Assembly: GCF_006345805.1 (NCBI RefSeq)
Contig: NC_043008.1
Location: 59,582,001 to 59,646,000, forward strand
Source of the DNA: Octopus sinensis
Taxonomy: Eukaryota
DNA: 64,000 nt
Direction of reading: 5' to 3'
The notes below the pieces were generated by a model, which did not search any database, was not told the DNA's origin, and was given only the letters and a program-made list of their open reading frames with translations. Made by a program: the position numbers and the translations under genes. Below are positions 41,726 through 55,238 of the stretch, in pieces (the stretch's first letter is position 1; each line of letters starts with the position of its first letter).

Positions 41726-42440
41726 CTGTAATTAACAATAATATTACCTTTTTTAATTTACACGTTTTATTGATTAAATTCAAATCATATACAACCGGGT
41801 AACAAAGAATTTGTACAAGCATAAATAATAAATTAATTTTAAATAATTCAAACTTACTTACGTAAACCAATTAGAATCTCCTTGGCATTTTCTATTTTAT
41901 CTCTTGGAGGTATAGGCATGGCTGTGTGGTTAAGAAGTTTTTTTGGTTTTCTTTTTGTAACCACATGATTTCAGGTTCAATACCACTGCATGGAATATTG
42001 GATAAGTGTCTTTTACAATAGCCCCAGGATGAACAATGCCTTGTGAATGAATACAGTAGCTGGAATCCTATTGTGTGTGTGCATGTGTGTGTGTGTGTGT
42101 GTGTGTGTTCATGTGTGCACATATGCATGTGCACAGATGCAAACATTAACATTCTGCAGCTTTGCTTGTCACTTTCTCAGCGAAATAATTTTGTAGTTAG
42201 ATTCCATTTTGGCTTTACACCCGGTCGCTTTGCGTATCTGAAGAACTACGAAATGAAAAAAGGCCCTAACACGAGCAACAGGAAAGCTTGCGCTTGGCCA
42301 TAAAATCCTGCCCTTAAATAAGTCCCTGTCAAAACCTATGCTAGCACAGGTTAAAAGCAAAAGAACATTCATCAAATGAGCAAATAAATAAACATGTAGA
42401 TTTACAAAAAAAAAAAAGGATTTTTTTTTTTAATAATTAC

Positions 42441-42601
42441 CTTTTGAAAAAATTCACCATCATATGATCCAAATTTCATCCATGTGACTTCATCCTCCTC
42501 ATGAAGACTATAAATACAGCTAGATGGAATGTCAAAAGTTTTCAATTGTTGGCCACGTAACCTAGCAATAGCCACCATGTCATCATCACATACCTGATAA
42601 C
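42441..42601 (-). CDS. FBXO33: FBXO33-like penultimate exon (161 nt)
   Basis: Encodes GYQVCDDDMVAIARLRGQQLKTFDIP...FFQK, like FBXO33 IAIARLRGSDLK. Acceptor ctatcag|GT completes the phase-1 Gly codon from the previous exon; donor AAAG|GTAATT is phase 0. Confidence 0.9.
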
Positions 42602-44083
42602 CTGATAGAAACGAAACAAGACAGCAAGCAATAAGTGACAGAGTTATCTCCCTTGCAGAAGCATCGCATTCACATACGAAAGACATACCTGATGAACCAA
42701 CGAGAGTGTCGGTTTTTTTACCTGCAAGAATCAACATCCAAATCTCCCTCAAATTACATCTTATTGTCTGGAAAAGATGGTTGGGATGCTGGGCACATTA
42801 GATAACGGAATATAGAATAATGAAGAGGACAGAGTGGCCGTGGTTGAAATGCCTTTCAAAATAGGCCAGCTCACTCAGGGCTGACCTGGAGCCAACAACT
42901 ATTTTGAAGCCATGGTAGTTTCTATCTGGTTGCTGTTTTAAAAATGGGAGGACCGACTGGATGATGTAGTCCTAGGTATACTCCATCAAAGAAAATACAA
43001 AATGTTTACAGTTGGAATATACTTGTACTATAGGATGGCTCGATCAGGACCCAATTTGAAGATAGCCAATGACAACAACTGTCTGACTAGAGATAGATTA
43101 AATAATTTAACTCATGAAAAAAAAAATGATTGCTTACAAAAGGGACCACTTGGTTGAAAGGTGCAAGCAGGCATGGTTGTGTAGTAAGAAGTTTGCTTCC
43201 CAACCACGTGGTTCTGAGTTCAGTCCCACTGCATGGCACCCCGGGCAAAGTGTCTTTTACTATAGTCCAACACCAACCAAGGCTTTGAGTGGATTTGGTA
43301 GACAGAAACTGAAGGAAGCTCATCATATGTGTGTGTGTGTGTGTGTGTGCGTGTGCATGCATAGTCCCTAGTATCATGGGACTGCGCAATAGGTTCAGGG
43401 GAAGAATGCTCACTTGCCATGCAGGCAGCCTAGGTTGGTTTCTCAGTTGATGCGATGTACTTTTGTGGAGCAGGCATGGATGTGTGGTTAACAAGTTTGC
43501 TTTGTGACTACATGGTTTCAGGTTCAGTCCCACTGCACAGCACCTTCAACAAGCATCTACTATAACCCCAGGCTAGACAATGCCTTGTGAGTGATTTTGG
43601 TAGAAGGGAAATGAATGAAAGCCTGTTATGTGTGTGTGTATGTGTGTGTGTCAGTGTATGCACGTGTGTCTTTGTTTCCCGTAACTGTTTGACAACTGGT
43701 ATTGGTTTATTTATGTCCCCATAACTTAGTGGTTTGGCAGAATAAGTACCAAGCTCAAAAATAAACACTGGGGTTGATTCGTTCAATTGAAGCCTTTGAG
43801 ACAGTGCCCCGAGCCTAACATCTAATGCCTACCCTTTGCCTTCTCAATACAAAGGTAACACTTGACAACAGCTCTCAACTCACATACTGTAGCATAGGTA
43901 TAGGAGTGGGGACATGTGCATACAGCCTACCATACTTATTCAGGTGGGGACACCAAAAGTATTTTCCACTTACCCTGTGATTGTTGAGGATCCTTGCTAT
44001 GGTTCTATTACAGCACAACAGAAATAAATGCAAAAGCCCATCACACAGATCTCTGTATCTTTTGGCTCCAAAAGACAGTTTAA

Positions 44084-44302
44084 CCCTTTAGTATTTAAAA
44101 TGGCCATATCTGACCAAAATAGTTAATCTGTTTTATGTTCAAACTGACCAGATCCAGGCTCTCACACCTACCCTACAATACTATTCTACATTAAGTAATT
44201 ACACCATCAAGATCTTGAAGATATGAGATAATGCATGATTAATTCAAATCAATGTGAATCAATAGGCATTATGTTTGATTGAATAATCTGAACACTAAAG
44301 GG
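44084..44302. mobile_element. piggyBac-type MITE family A (219 bp)
   Basis: TTAA on both sides (44080-44083 and 44303-44306); termini CCCTTTAG...CTAAAGGG. Other copies lie at ~45936-46155, 54254-54471, 57035-57255 and 59224-59825. Confidence 0.85.
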
Positions 44303-46217
44303 TTAAGTAACCATCTCAGTTTCCATATTAAGGACCTCATCTGCTGGGCAATCTGTCTTTCTGCACTTCTGTCATTATCATCATTGTTTAACGTTCGCTT
44401 TCCATGCTAGCATGGGTTGGACGATTTGACTGACGACTGGCGAACCAGATGGCTGCACCAGGCTCCAATCTGATCTGGCAGAGTTTCTACAGCTGGATGC
44501 CCTTCCTAACGCCAACCACTCCGAGAGTATAGTGGGTACTTTTACATGCCACCGGCACGAGAGCCAGTCAGGAGGTACTGGCAACGGCTACGCTCAAATG
44601 GTGTTTTTTACGTGCCACCTGCACAGGAGCCAGTCCAGCAGCACTGGCAATGACCTTGCTCGAATGTTTTTTTTTACGTGCCACCAGCACAAGTGCCAGT
44701 AAGGCGACGCTGGTAACAATCATGCTCGAATGGTGCTTTTTATGTGCCACCAGCATGAAACTGGCTTCTGTGCCAGTGATGGATCACATACAGTTAATAC
44801 ATGAAGACCCTGAAGGCCTTTAGTATCCAGCATTCTAGAAGATCCTTTTTGTCATCTGGTGAGATTGGATATGATGCACACAGAAACACACACACATACA
44901 TACACACATACACAACACCAACAACACTGAATCCACACCTACATAGGTATCGTTTGAGACTGGCTTGTACATCTCCCCCATATGATCCTCTCAGGTTAGC
45001 AATATCGTGATCAATCAACACCAGGTTGAATGATCAAAAGGAGTAATCCAAAGACCAGCTGAAGACTACTTTCAAGATGAGCACCATCAACCTTTCAAGA
45101 GCGAATGAAGAACAATGATACCTGTTGGTTACTTTGGCAGTCTCACTAGAGAGTGGGGTTTGGCACTATGGAAGAGAAACTCAGTAGAACCAGAAGCAAG
45201 ATAGAAGAATCATCATCATCATTTAGCGTCTGCTTTCCATGCTGGCACGGGTTGGATGGTTCAACTGGGGTCTGGGAGGCCAGAAGGCTGCACCAGGCCC
45301 AGTCTGATCTGGCAAATATTACACTGTATTACAACTGCAGCAGCATTATTAAGGATCAGCAAGTACAGTGGTAAAAGCATTTACGAACAGAAGAGAAAAT
45401 GGTCATCATTGAATATAATGGACTCAGAGAACCCAATGACTGAAGGTCAGGGTGGATGCAAATAATACAAGCACAATATCAGCAACAATAGCAACGTATA
45501 TATACAGAGAGAGAGGGGGGGAAAAGATGGGGGTAATATATAAAGGATGGATAAATGGAGAGACTGATTGACCGGTTGATTGAATGATTACATGAACAAA
45601 TGAATGAATGAATGGGTAAATAGATGGCTAGAAAGATGATGCATAGGTTTATATATTACTGACTGACTGGTCGACGATGATTAAATAAATGGATAGGTGG
45701 ATGGATAGATATTTAATGTCTAGGGTACACACACACATACACAACCACAACTATGTATATGTACATATATATATGCACACACACAACTACATGTATGTAT
45801 ATGTACATATATACACAATATATTTACTGACTGATTGGTTAATTGAATGACTGAATGAATAGACGGATGGATGGATGGATGGATTGATGGATGTTTAGAG
45901 TGTATATATATTTTACTGATTGACTGGGGGATTAACTCATTAGCATTCAGATTACTCTGTTATGCAACGCTTATTTATTCCCATTACTTTGGAATTACTC
46001 ATGCAATATCTCGTAGCTTTGAGATTTCATTGATGTGATTGTTTATTTTTTAGCAAGCCACTGTAGGATAAGTATGAGAGGCTGAATCTTGTCAGTTTGA
46101 ACATAAAACAGATGGAATATTTTGGGATGGATATGACCAGTTTAAATGCTAATGAATAAATGAATAGGTGGATGGATAGATAAATGATGTGTAAGGAGTA
46201 TATATATTGTAGTTGTC

Positions 46218-46690
46218 ATCATCATCATCATTTAACGTCCGTTTCCCATACTGGTATGAGTTGGACAGTTTGATATGGAGCTAGCCAGACTCCAATTGTC
46301 TGTTGTGGCATGGTCTGTATGGCTGGATGTCCTTCCTAACGCCAACCACTTTACAGTGTGTGCTGGGTGCATTTTACATGCCACCAGCACCAGTGTTTTT
46401 TATGTAGCACCAGTACCTGAAAGGACAAGCTTGTATGTATGGAAGACAGTGATTTTACGTAGCTTGATGCATCTTATCAAGTACAGCAAATCACCTCATC
46501 TCCCAGTTCCCTTATTTCCTCAGTGAGGTCCAGTGTCCAAAGATCCCTTCTCACTACTTCATCCGTCTTCCTGGGCCTACCCCTTCTACAAGTACCATCC
46601 ACAATTAGAGCTCAGCACTTCTTTACACAGCTGTCCTCATCTATACATATCACATAACCAAACCAGTGCAGTCTTCCCTCTTGCACACAT
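46218..46690 (-). pseudogene. 5'-truncated RTE LINE 3' end with residual ORF
   Basis: Translates VQEGRLHWFGYVICIDEDSCVKKC*ALIVDGTCRRGRPRKTDEVVRRDL (the RTE RL.WFGHV...GRPRKTW motif) and runs into a family 3 (CAT)n tail. Confidence 0.8.
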
Positions 46691-48087
46691 CTGATGATCA
46701 ACCATGATGGAACATAAGATGTGTGGTCAAAGGTGTTATACAGCCAAGACAATCTCATTACAATAATCATCCAACTGATGCCAACATTTTATCAGTTGGA
46801 CAAGTCTCACATCATCTTACCACTCATTATGGTCCTAAAGAAGATGCTTAAAGCTATCATGTTTGTCTACAGGTAGTGAATGAAGACAATGATTCCAACT
46901 ATATAATCGCAACTGCTCCTGCCTACATACTACATCATCATCATCATCGTTTAGTGTCCGCTTTCCATGCTAGCATGGGTTGGACGGTTCAAACTGGGGT
47001 CTGGGAAGCCAGAAGGCTGCACCAGGCCCAGTCTGATCTAGCAATGTTTCTACGGCTGGATGCCCTTCCTAACGCCAGCCACTCTGTGAGTGTAGTGGGT
47101 GCTTTTTACGTGCCACCGGCACAGGTGCCAGACGAGGCTGGCAAACAGCCACGATCGGATGGTGCTTTTTACATGCCAACGGCACGGAGGCCAGGCAAGG
47201 CTGGCAACTGCCACGATTGGATGGTGCTTTTTACGAGCCACTGGCACAGAGGCCAGTCGGGACAGCGCTGCCAACGGCCACGTTCGGATGGTTTTCTTAT
47301 GTGCCACCGGCACTGGTATCACAGCTACAATTTCCATTGATGTTGATCGATTTCAATTTTGATTTTGATTTTCACTTGCCTCAACAGGTCTTCTGCATAC
47401 CATAAGCTATGGAAATTGTAGTATGCATTGTTGCAAATGTGTGTTAAGCTCACTGTTACCACAAAAGATCAACCATCTGTTGCTCATAACACTTTCAATT
47501 ATTAATATTCAATGAAGATCATAAGTAACTATAAAGCACTTCAAAAATGGATGCAGCTGGCTGAGGAAAGGAAGTCACGACTGCTCTCTCTTATATTATT
47601 ATTTTTATGCACTTCAAACTGCAGAAATGGCAGTATTGCTCAGTTGCGGACATGTGGAATACCCCAACCAGTACAGCAAGACCACATGACCCTTAGTTGA
47701 AGGTATGTCTCTAGTGTGTGAGGTTCACAGTCTTACTTGTTAGACACAGATTCTAGACTAACACGGGGTTTATTTTTAAGTAAAGAAGAGCTGCACACAT
47801 CAGACTGACTCCCTGGTTCTCACATAATAATCCCTGTGGCAAGTCAAAACAAATGAGTTTATACGAAAATGCAGGAGATTTTCAAAGTAGCAGAAGGGAT
47901 CTTCAGACTTCACAGTACCATGACTTGGTGTATATCCAGGCCATAAAACATCATTCCAGATGCTTGCCCTGTATCATGGCTTGTAGCCCAGTACGACAGT
48001 ACACTGCCACCTGTACAACTAGTACCCACTGGCCTACCACAACATCTTACAGTACACACACATGCATATGTGTGTGTGTGTGTGAGT

Positions 48088-48139
<52 letters not shown>

Positions 48140-48242
48140 AGACTGGAGCTTGGTGCAGCCATCTGGTTCGCCAGCCCACAGTCAAACCATCCAACCCATG
48201 CTTGCATGAAAAGCGGACGTTAAACGACGACGATGATGATGA

Positions 48243-48333
<91 letters not shown>

Positions 48334-49083
48334 CACACATATATTTATGTATTTGACATCAAAAGAATTTATAAACTTTCAAGAGAACATGAAATAATTC
48401 TTTTTTTGGGGAACAGTGGATCTCGAAGTATGTAAAGCTATACATAATAGAATGTAAACACTGAAGTGAAAGACCCTTTTGGGAAGAAAAAGTTAAAGAC
48501 TGCATATTTCTTATCCAAAAGGGTTTTCCAACTCAATATTCACACACACACACACACACAAACACAGACACATATTCATACATACGCACATGCATGCATG
48601 CACAGACAAAAGAACACACATCCACACATATGTGCAGACCAAATTTTAGTGATATCTGTTTTAACAAGAACGGAGAAATGGAAAATTGGAAATGATAAGA
48701 TTTGAATAGAGGCCAAAGAAATGTTCAACATTATAAAACATTCTGTACAGTTCTTATAGCCCCTGTGCCAATTCAAAATCCTTAACTGTAAGAAGATACC
48801 ACTACTATAACTTCCAAATCTTTCTGCAAAGATTCAAATGGCTTACTGGATTACATCAGTTAACAATTTTCCACAAATGAACATCATCGCTTACAGTAAA
48901 ACTAAAAATAAAATTCAAAAATTTTTCAAATTCCCTGAACCATTCCATTAAAGAATTCTAGAAATGTGTACTCTTTAAGATATGAAGAAAAGTCTGAAAC
49001 TATCCAGAATGTAAATACCAGAAATTCACTGGCTCATGCAAACAGACCAAATAAACTTTTAGAAGATGATATCTGTAGGATCG

Positions 49084-49386
49084 TGGAGGCGCAATGGCCC
49101 AGTGGTTAGGGCTGCGGACTCGCAGTCGGAGGATCGCGGTTTCGATTCCCAGACTGGGTGTTCTGTGTGTTTATCGAGTGAAAACACCTAAAGCTCCACA
49201 GGGGGTGGTGGCGACCCCTGTTGTACTCTATCGCCCTAACTTCCTCTCACTCTTTCTTCCTGTTTCTTGGGTGATGCTGCGATGGACTGGCATCCCATCC
49301 AGCTGGGGGGAACACATATGCCAGAGAAAGCGGGAAACCAAACCCATGAGCCTGGCTAGGCTTGAAAAGGGCGCATAAATAAATAA
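49084..49386 (+). mobile_element. tRNA-headed SINE, family 5
   Basis: tRNA-like head (49087-49160) followed by a body homologous to 14220-14525 and an (AATA)n tail. Confidence 0.8.
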
Positions 49387-52300
49387 ACAATCTGCAGGAT
49401 CATATATAAACTTTAGTCAAGAGACATCAAATTTCACAGTAAGATACATATGTGACGGTCACAAATATTCATTACTGCTTAGATGCAAGTCATCTCATAC
49501 TAAACAGACCTGTGATAAGCCATGACCATCTCATCCTTTCAAACAAAATGTATCATGGATTACCATCGTCATTTAGCATCAGTTTCCCATGCTGGCATGG
49601 GTTAGATGATTTAACTGGAACTGGCAAGCTGAGAGCTGTACCAGGTTCCAGTCTGATTTGGCTTGGTTTCTATGGCTGGATGCCCTTCCAAACACCAACC
49701 ACTTCAAGAGTGTAATGGGCGCCCTTTATATGTCACCAGCTCTGGTTATGACTACCATTACATATGGCTTGACATGTCTTCTCAAGCACAGCAAATCACT
49801 AAAGGTCTCAATCACTTGTCATTATCAAAAGTATTGTATTTTTTTTTTTTTTATGGCAAGGAGAAGTAGGTGTGTGTGTGGCTGAGTGGTAAGAAGTTTG
49901 CTTCCAAACCATGTAATCTTGGCTTCAGTCCCACTGCATGGAACCTTGGGCAAGTGTCTTCTACTATCGCTTCAGGCTGACCAAAGCCTTGTAGGCAGAT
50001 TCGGTATATAGAAACTGAAAGAAGGTCATCGTGTATGTGTTTGTCTTTGTGTTTGATCCACCCACTAACCACCACCACCACTTGACAACTAGTGTTGGTT
50101 TGTATATGTCCCCATAATCTAGTGGTCTGGTGAAAGAGACTGATAAAATAAGTGCCAGACTTGATAAAAAACAAGTACTGGGAGCAATTTCTTAGACTAA
50201 ACCCTTCAGTGCAGCACCCTAGAATGGCCACAGTCCAGAGACTGAAACAAGAAACAGATAAAAGATAAAAGTAAGATATGATGATCTAAGAGACCTGGTT
50301 GCTATTTCTAGCAAATTTAGAGACTGCAGAGAGGCTCCCTGATTGGCTCATGATTCTACTTCTAATGTTTAGTTTCACCTAAGCCTTGAGCAAGTAGAAA
50401 TTTGACCAAATGCATTCCATCTATAACTATCCCTCCTGTATACCTAAGACTAAATAATCAAACATGCCTTTCTTCCCTTTTACATTTTGTTTCCAAGACA
50501 GCAGGTTCTGATTTAAGAAAAATTTATCTGCTATTTCCAGCAAGTCAGACAAGTGGATAGGGGTCTCTCTCATAAACTAACACATCAATTGGTATTATTA
50601 ACTTATACCAAATTCAAATTATGCCGAGGTTGACTTTGCCTTTCATCCTTTCGGAGTTGATAAATTAAGTACCAGTGAAATTCTGGCGTCAATGTAATCG
50701 ACTCATCCCGTACCCAAAATGGCTGCCCTTGTGGCAAAATTCGAAACTACCTTATACTAAAATCAAATTCTGCCAAGGTCGACTTTGCCTTTCATCCTTT
50801 CGGGGTCAATAAATTAAGTACCATTATTACCTTATACCAATGTACTCCTGTGTTTTACACCCAATGCCCTTCAACCGCAATACATGAATAATTTCTCAGT
50901 TCACTCCTCTCTCTCATATTGAAGTAGTAATTGGTGGAAAAGTGCTGGACTAACTACTAGCTAGTGTGTTGGATATTTAAAATATACTAAAACATACTGC
51001 ACTCTATCTAACTGTTGACAAGGCCCTTTTGCACAAGTTGACTAGTCTCTCTCTCTTTACATAAGTGACCAACTTGATTGATGACTGTCCAATCATCTGA
51101 TACTAGTTCTACCGATACATGTTAAAGAATATCTATACTTCCTGTCAACTATTCCCCTGCAACACACACACATAATTTCTGGTGGTTGTCAAGACATCCA
51201 AGATGTTAGCTGTAAAGCACAACGACAACAGCAACAGCAGCAACAGCAGCAATGCAGTTCTAGAGCCATTACTCAGATAATTAGTCAGACCTTCCACTCT
51301 GCAACCGTTATTAGAGTGATTAAGTTGATTAAGAGAAAAACAGTTTGATCTGATAATTTTATACTACTGCATGGATGACTTCTTTCCTGAAATCAATCAC
51401 CTGAAGGTCAATCTAGCTCTCAGATCATTAACTGGAAATTAATTAATTCATAGCCTTCAAAAATTATTATATTCTTACAACTTTTATTAAAGAGATAGTG
51501 AATTTGGTAAAGACTTGACTGTTTTGTTTTGTCTTGTTTTTTGCTTGCTTTTTTTTTTTCTTTTCCCACCCCACCTTCTTCTTATGGGGAAGAAACCTCG
51601 GTTATGATCTTTGCGGAACCTCTGAGTATTTCTTGAATGCTTTAGAGTTCACATACAATCGAGACCATTCAGCTTTCAACATCATCATCATCATCATCAT
51701 TTAACATTGACTTTCCATGCTGGCATGGGTTGGACAAGTTGACATAATTCAATGGGATCAAGGACTGCAGCATGCTTCAGTGTCTGCTTACGCATGGTTT
51801 CTATGGCTAGATGCCCTTCCTAATGGCAACCACTTTACAGTGTGTAGTGGATGCTTTTTCTTTTTTATTTGTGACACCAACACTACTAAGGTCACAATGC
51901 AACTCACAAGATTATGAACCCTGAGGAAGAGGGCTTTCAGCTTTATGCTAGGGATGAGGGATTAATACACGAGAAGAGGAGGGGCAGGGCGAGGTGGAGA
52001 AACAGCAGGTTCTTGTACTAGACCTACATGGTTACTCAGATTCAGTAGGGAAGGGAGAGTATGATCAGTAGGAGCTGCAAAAGGATAAATATTAGAGATG
52101 GTGTCAAGGTACCCCTGCCCTTGCCCCCCCCCCCACGTCCACCCATCTAAGTTCAAGGTGCTTTGTAGATATGAAACAATTGCTAGACTCTGAATGAATC
52201 AGGTAGCTCTGTCTTCTTGCTTTTGATGATCACACATGTGTCTTTTGAAATCAATATTACAGGCAACATTCATTCAAAAATTGATTTAACCCAACCATAG

Positions 52301-52656
52301 TTGATCCCAGTAACAGAACTCCTGAAGGTCTCCCAAGACTGAGGGATAAGGAATTTAGTGAAGTTAATGTAGTTGAGGTTGGTTTTGAGCTTTTGAATAA
52401 GCTGATACAATGATTCGGAGAAATGCAGTTAGAGAGAAGAATATTTTTTTTTAAAGTGTGTTAAGAAGACATCCTGATGAAACAAAGACAGTAATGGTAA
52501 GAGAATGATAAATATAATTATAAGGAAAAGGTAAAAAAAAAAATATCAAAAAGATTTAAGAAGAATTAAAATTCAAACACGAAATCAACTTCTGTATATT
52601 TTGCTTTTGGATTTGGTTTGCAAGATTCTTTATATGAGTTCGTGTGTTGAAGCATA

Positions 52657-52835
52657 TTCTGTTGTGTCTGGGGAGAGTCATTCTCTTTTAGTACCTTATT
52701 ATTTAACACACTCACTGGTAAAATTTCAGGGAAATTTTAGGAAAATAAAAAGACGAAATAAGTGGAAATTTTACCGGTGAGTGTGTTAAATAATAAGGTA
52801 CTAAAAGAGAATGACTCTCCCCAGACACAACAGAA
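52657..52835. repeat. 71-bp inverted repeat with a 37-nt spacer, in the FBXO33-like intron
   Basis: 52657-52727 is the reverse complement of 52765-52835 with one mismatch (52716/52776). Confidence 0.95.
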
Positions 52836-52952
52836 CTTCTGTATTATATTTTTCTATAAAGCATTTATGTTAATAAAATCTAATCTAACATTTTCCATAT
52901 TCTCCAAATATTAAAGAGGATTATTTTGAAAATAAATTAAAGTTTACCATAC

Positions 52953-53641
52953 CTATTAATGTGAAATGCATCAGTTTTGGACAACGCCATGCCAACATCA
53001 CAAAGGGATCTTCATCAGCTTCAATCTCATAAACAATAGGGTCTCCATTAGCAAAACCATCTATTATATGTATTTCTTTCAGCGTGTTATTGTAATGTGA
53101 AGATATATAACTAACTGAAGCAATGTTGATATTGGAACAGAACATCTGCCGGAATTTGGCTAAGGGCATTGAAGGCTGCAAGATATTCAAGAGACCAGCA
53201 ACACCCTCAAAGGAGTGAATCAGGTTTAAGGTCACTTCTAGGTTTGAAGAATGGTTACGTAACCGGCGCCAAGTTTCATTGGTAATCACTTCATGGTCAG
53301 CATCAATACCGTGGACATTAATAACCAAATTTTCAAGCTTAGACTTCTTGGGATCAATAAAGGTTAGCAGGAGGTCATTGGTTAAGTAATCATAATCAAG
53401 GCTAAGACTACGGAGACCCATAAAACGGCAAAAGTCAATAGCATTCAATTCTATGATACCATAACTTTCAGAGTCTTCTTTCACACTGGCAAGATGCAGA
53501 GACTCCAGTGTAGATGCATGATGTTCTGCCAGTAAGTTGACAAAAACATTGGAGTGTTCTAAAAGCTCTTCAACACAACCTAAAGCAAAATGTTGCAGAT
53601 GCCTGCTGGTCTTGATTAAGGCTTCAATATTATCAAGATAC
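52953..53641 (-). CDS. FBXO33: F-box only protein 33-like, large internal exon (689 nt)
   Basis: The ORF 52921-53721 core (YLDNIEALIKTSRHLQHFALG...LNILQPSMPL...EDPFVMLAWRCPKL) matches recalled FBXO33 motifs (EILSNSRQL, LKILKPSIPL, EDPLVLLAWRC). Acceptor tttccag|G at 53641 and donor ATAG|GTATGG at 52953; length is 1+229x3+1 nt. Confidence 0.9.
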
Positions 53642-54029
53642 CTGGAAATATAAAATGAGAAATAAAGAAAGAAAAAAGACATTATAAATATTTCTTTATG
53701 GATAAAGAATAAAATGAACAAAACATAGTTACAGTATGGAATTAAAAATCATATTTTATATATTGATTTCAAGTTTTGGCACAAGGCCAGCAAACTCAGG
53801 GGAAGGATAGTTCAATTAGATTGATCCCAGGGTTTAACATGTACTTATTTTATTAACCCCAAAAGGATGAAAGGCAAAGTCGACCTCAGCAGAATTTGAA
53901 CTCAGATTGTAGAGATGTATGAAATGCCACTAAGCATTTTAACAAAAGGTAATGATTCTGCTAGCTTTCAGCCTTACTTTGTATCCTTTATTTCAGTTCA
54001 AAATGGCTGAAGTTATGTTGGTCTATTAA

Positions 54030-54249
54030 TCCTGTCATTACTGTATTTATTTTGAGATGCTCTGTGTTTCTTTTGATTAATTTAAATTAACAAAGAATTT
54101 TAGTAAAATAATTTAGTTATCATTTAGCTAGTGTAAGGAACATAAGTTGTGACTAAGGTTTGGTGGAAGATTGTAATTCAAAACTTATGAAAACAAGACA
54201 TCTGTACTCAGAGCCAGAGCCGGTTTCAGCCGGGTTGGTAATGAAAGGG
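54030..54249. mobile_element. piggyBac-type MITE family B (~220 bp)
   Basis: Termini ccctttc(a/g)ttac...gtaa(t/c)gaaaggg with TTAA flanks; other copies at 55558-55779 and 58225-58445 (the latter has TTAA on both sides). Confidence 0.85.
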
Positions 54250-54929
54250 TTAAACCCTATAACATTTAAACTAGCCATATAAAGCCCAAATATTTTACTT
54301 GTTTTACATTCAAACCAGCAAGATCTGATTTCTCACACCTACCCAACAATATCATTCTGAAAATAAACTCTCCTATCACTGAAATCTTGAAGCTACAAGA
54401 CAATGCTTGACTAATTCAAAACAATATGAATAAATTAGCATTATATTTGCCAAAGTATTCTGAGTGCTAAAGACTACACACATAAGATTTCAAAATCTCA
54501 ATTCTGTAGTTCTAAATAAAATAATACATTTCCCTTCTAACCTCAAGTGCCATTCCAGTTTTAAATATCATTGTTATTTTAACATCTCTTCAAAGCTTGC
54601 ATGGGTCAGATGAGAGCAAACTGAGACAGAGTTTTCTCAGGTCAGATAACCTTCCCAATGCCAAACCCTGCCTGTTTCCAAGCAAGGTAATAATCTCCAA
54701 ATTCATCAAACAGCAAACAGTAGTATAAGAAAACACAGCTTCAAAAACATAAAAATCTATGTGGATGCTCAACCTTATAGAAATAGCAAACAAATCTCCC
54801 TCAAATCATACAACACCATCTTAAAAATGGAAGAGACATATACAGTTCTATATTTAAGAGATGTGGAATTATTTACATTATTTACATTATTGCCATTTGA
54901 CGGATATTTGTCCTCATCTTGTTTGTTGT

Positions 54930-54977
54930 TAAAACAACGCTTCGGCTGATATACCCTCCAGCCTTCATCAGGTGTTA
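54930..54977 (-). ncRNA. Minimal type-I hammerhead ribozyme-like motif H4
   Basis: Minus strand: TAACAC-CTGATGA-A-GGCTG(GAGGGTATAT)CAGCC-GAAGCGTT-GTTTTA. 5-bp stem II; A15.1 appears mutated to G. Confidence 0.65.
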
Positions 54978-55016
54978 TTATTATTATATGTACACACACA
55001 CACGTGTGTGCATGTG

Positions 55017-55081
<65 letters not shown>

Positions 55082-55119
55082 ATATATATGTATGTATGCA
55101 TATATATATATATATATAG

Positions 55120-55238
55120 CTGAAATTTACAGAAAAACAAAAGACAAAAACAGGTGTATAAACAACAAGCAGGTGTATTAGTTTGATGCACAGGAAGGTG
55201 AGAAAGTCTTTACATTTCGACCCTATGCTCTTCAACTG
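55120..55238 (-). mobile_element. Decayed copy of the H2-type element with degenerate hammerhead H5 (55206-55238)
   Basis: Minus strand CAGTTGA-A-GAGC(ATAG)GGTC-GAAATGTA-AAGAC. The downstream ~90 nt aligns by eye with 775-868 (ttcctg..ctaatac..gtcttttgttt) and ends at (TA)n. Confidence 0.6.

Noticed and set aside
47098-47330. Repeat-spacer array resembling CRISPR (also 44535-44775)
   Set aside because: Eukaryotic context, no cas genes, spacers are mutually homologous, and the array lies inside an RTE 3' end.
49087-49160. tRNA-like sequence (also the heads at 14220, 5152 and 13040-13112)
   Set aside because: It continues directly into SINE bodies and lacks a complete acceptor stem, so these are SINE heads rather than tRNA genes.
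54590-54793. Leu-rich minus-strand ORF upstream of the large FBXO33 exon
   Set aside because: It ends in a stop with no usable donor, so it cannot splice in frame to 53641.
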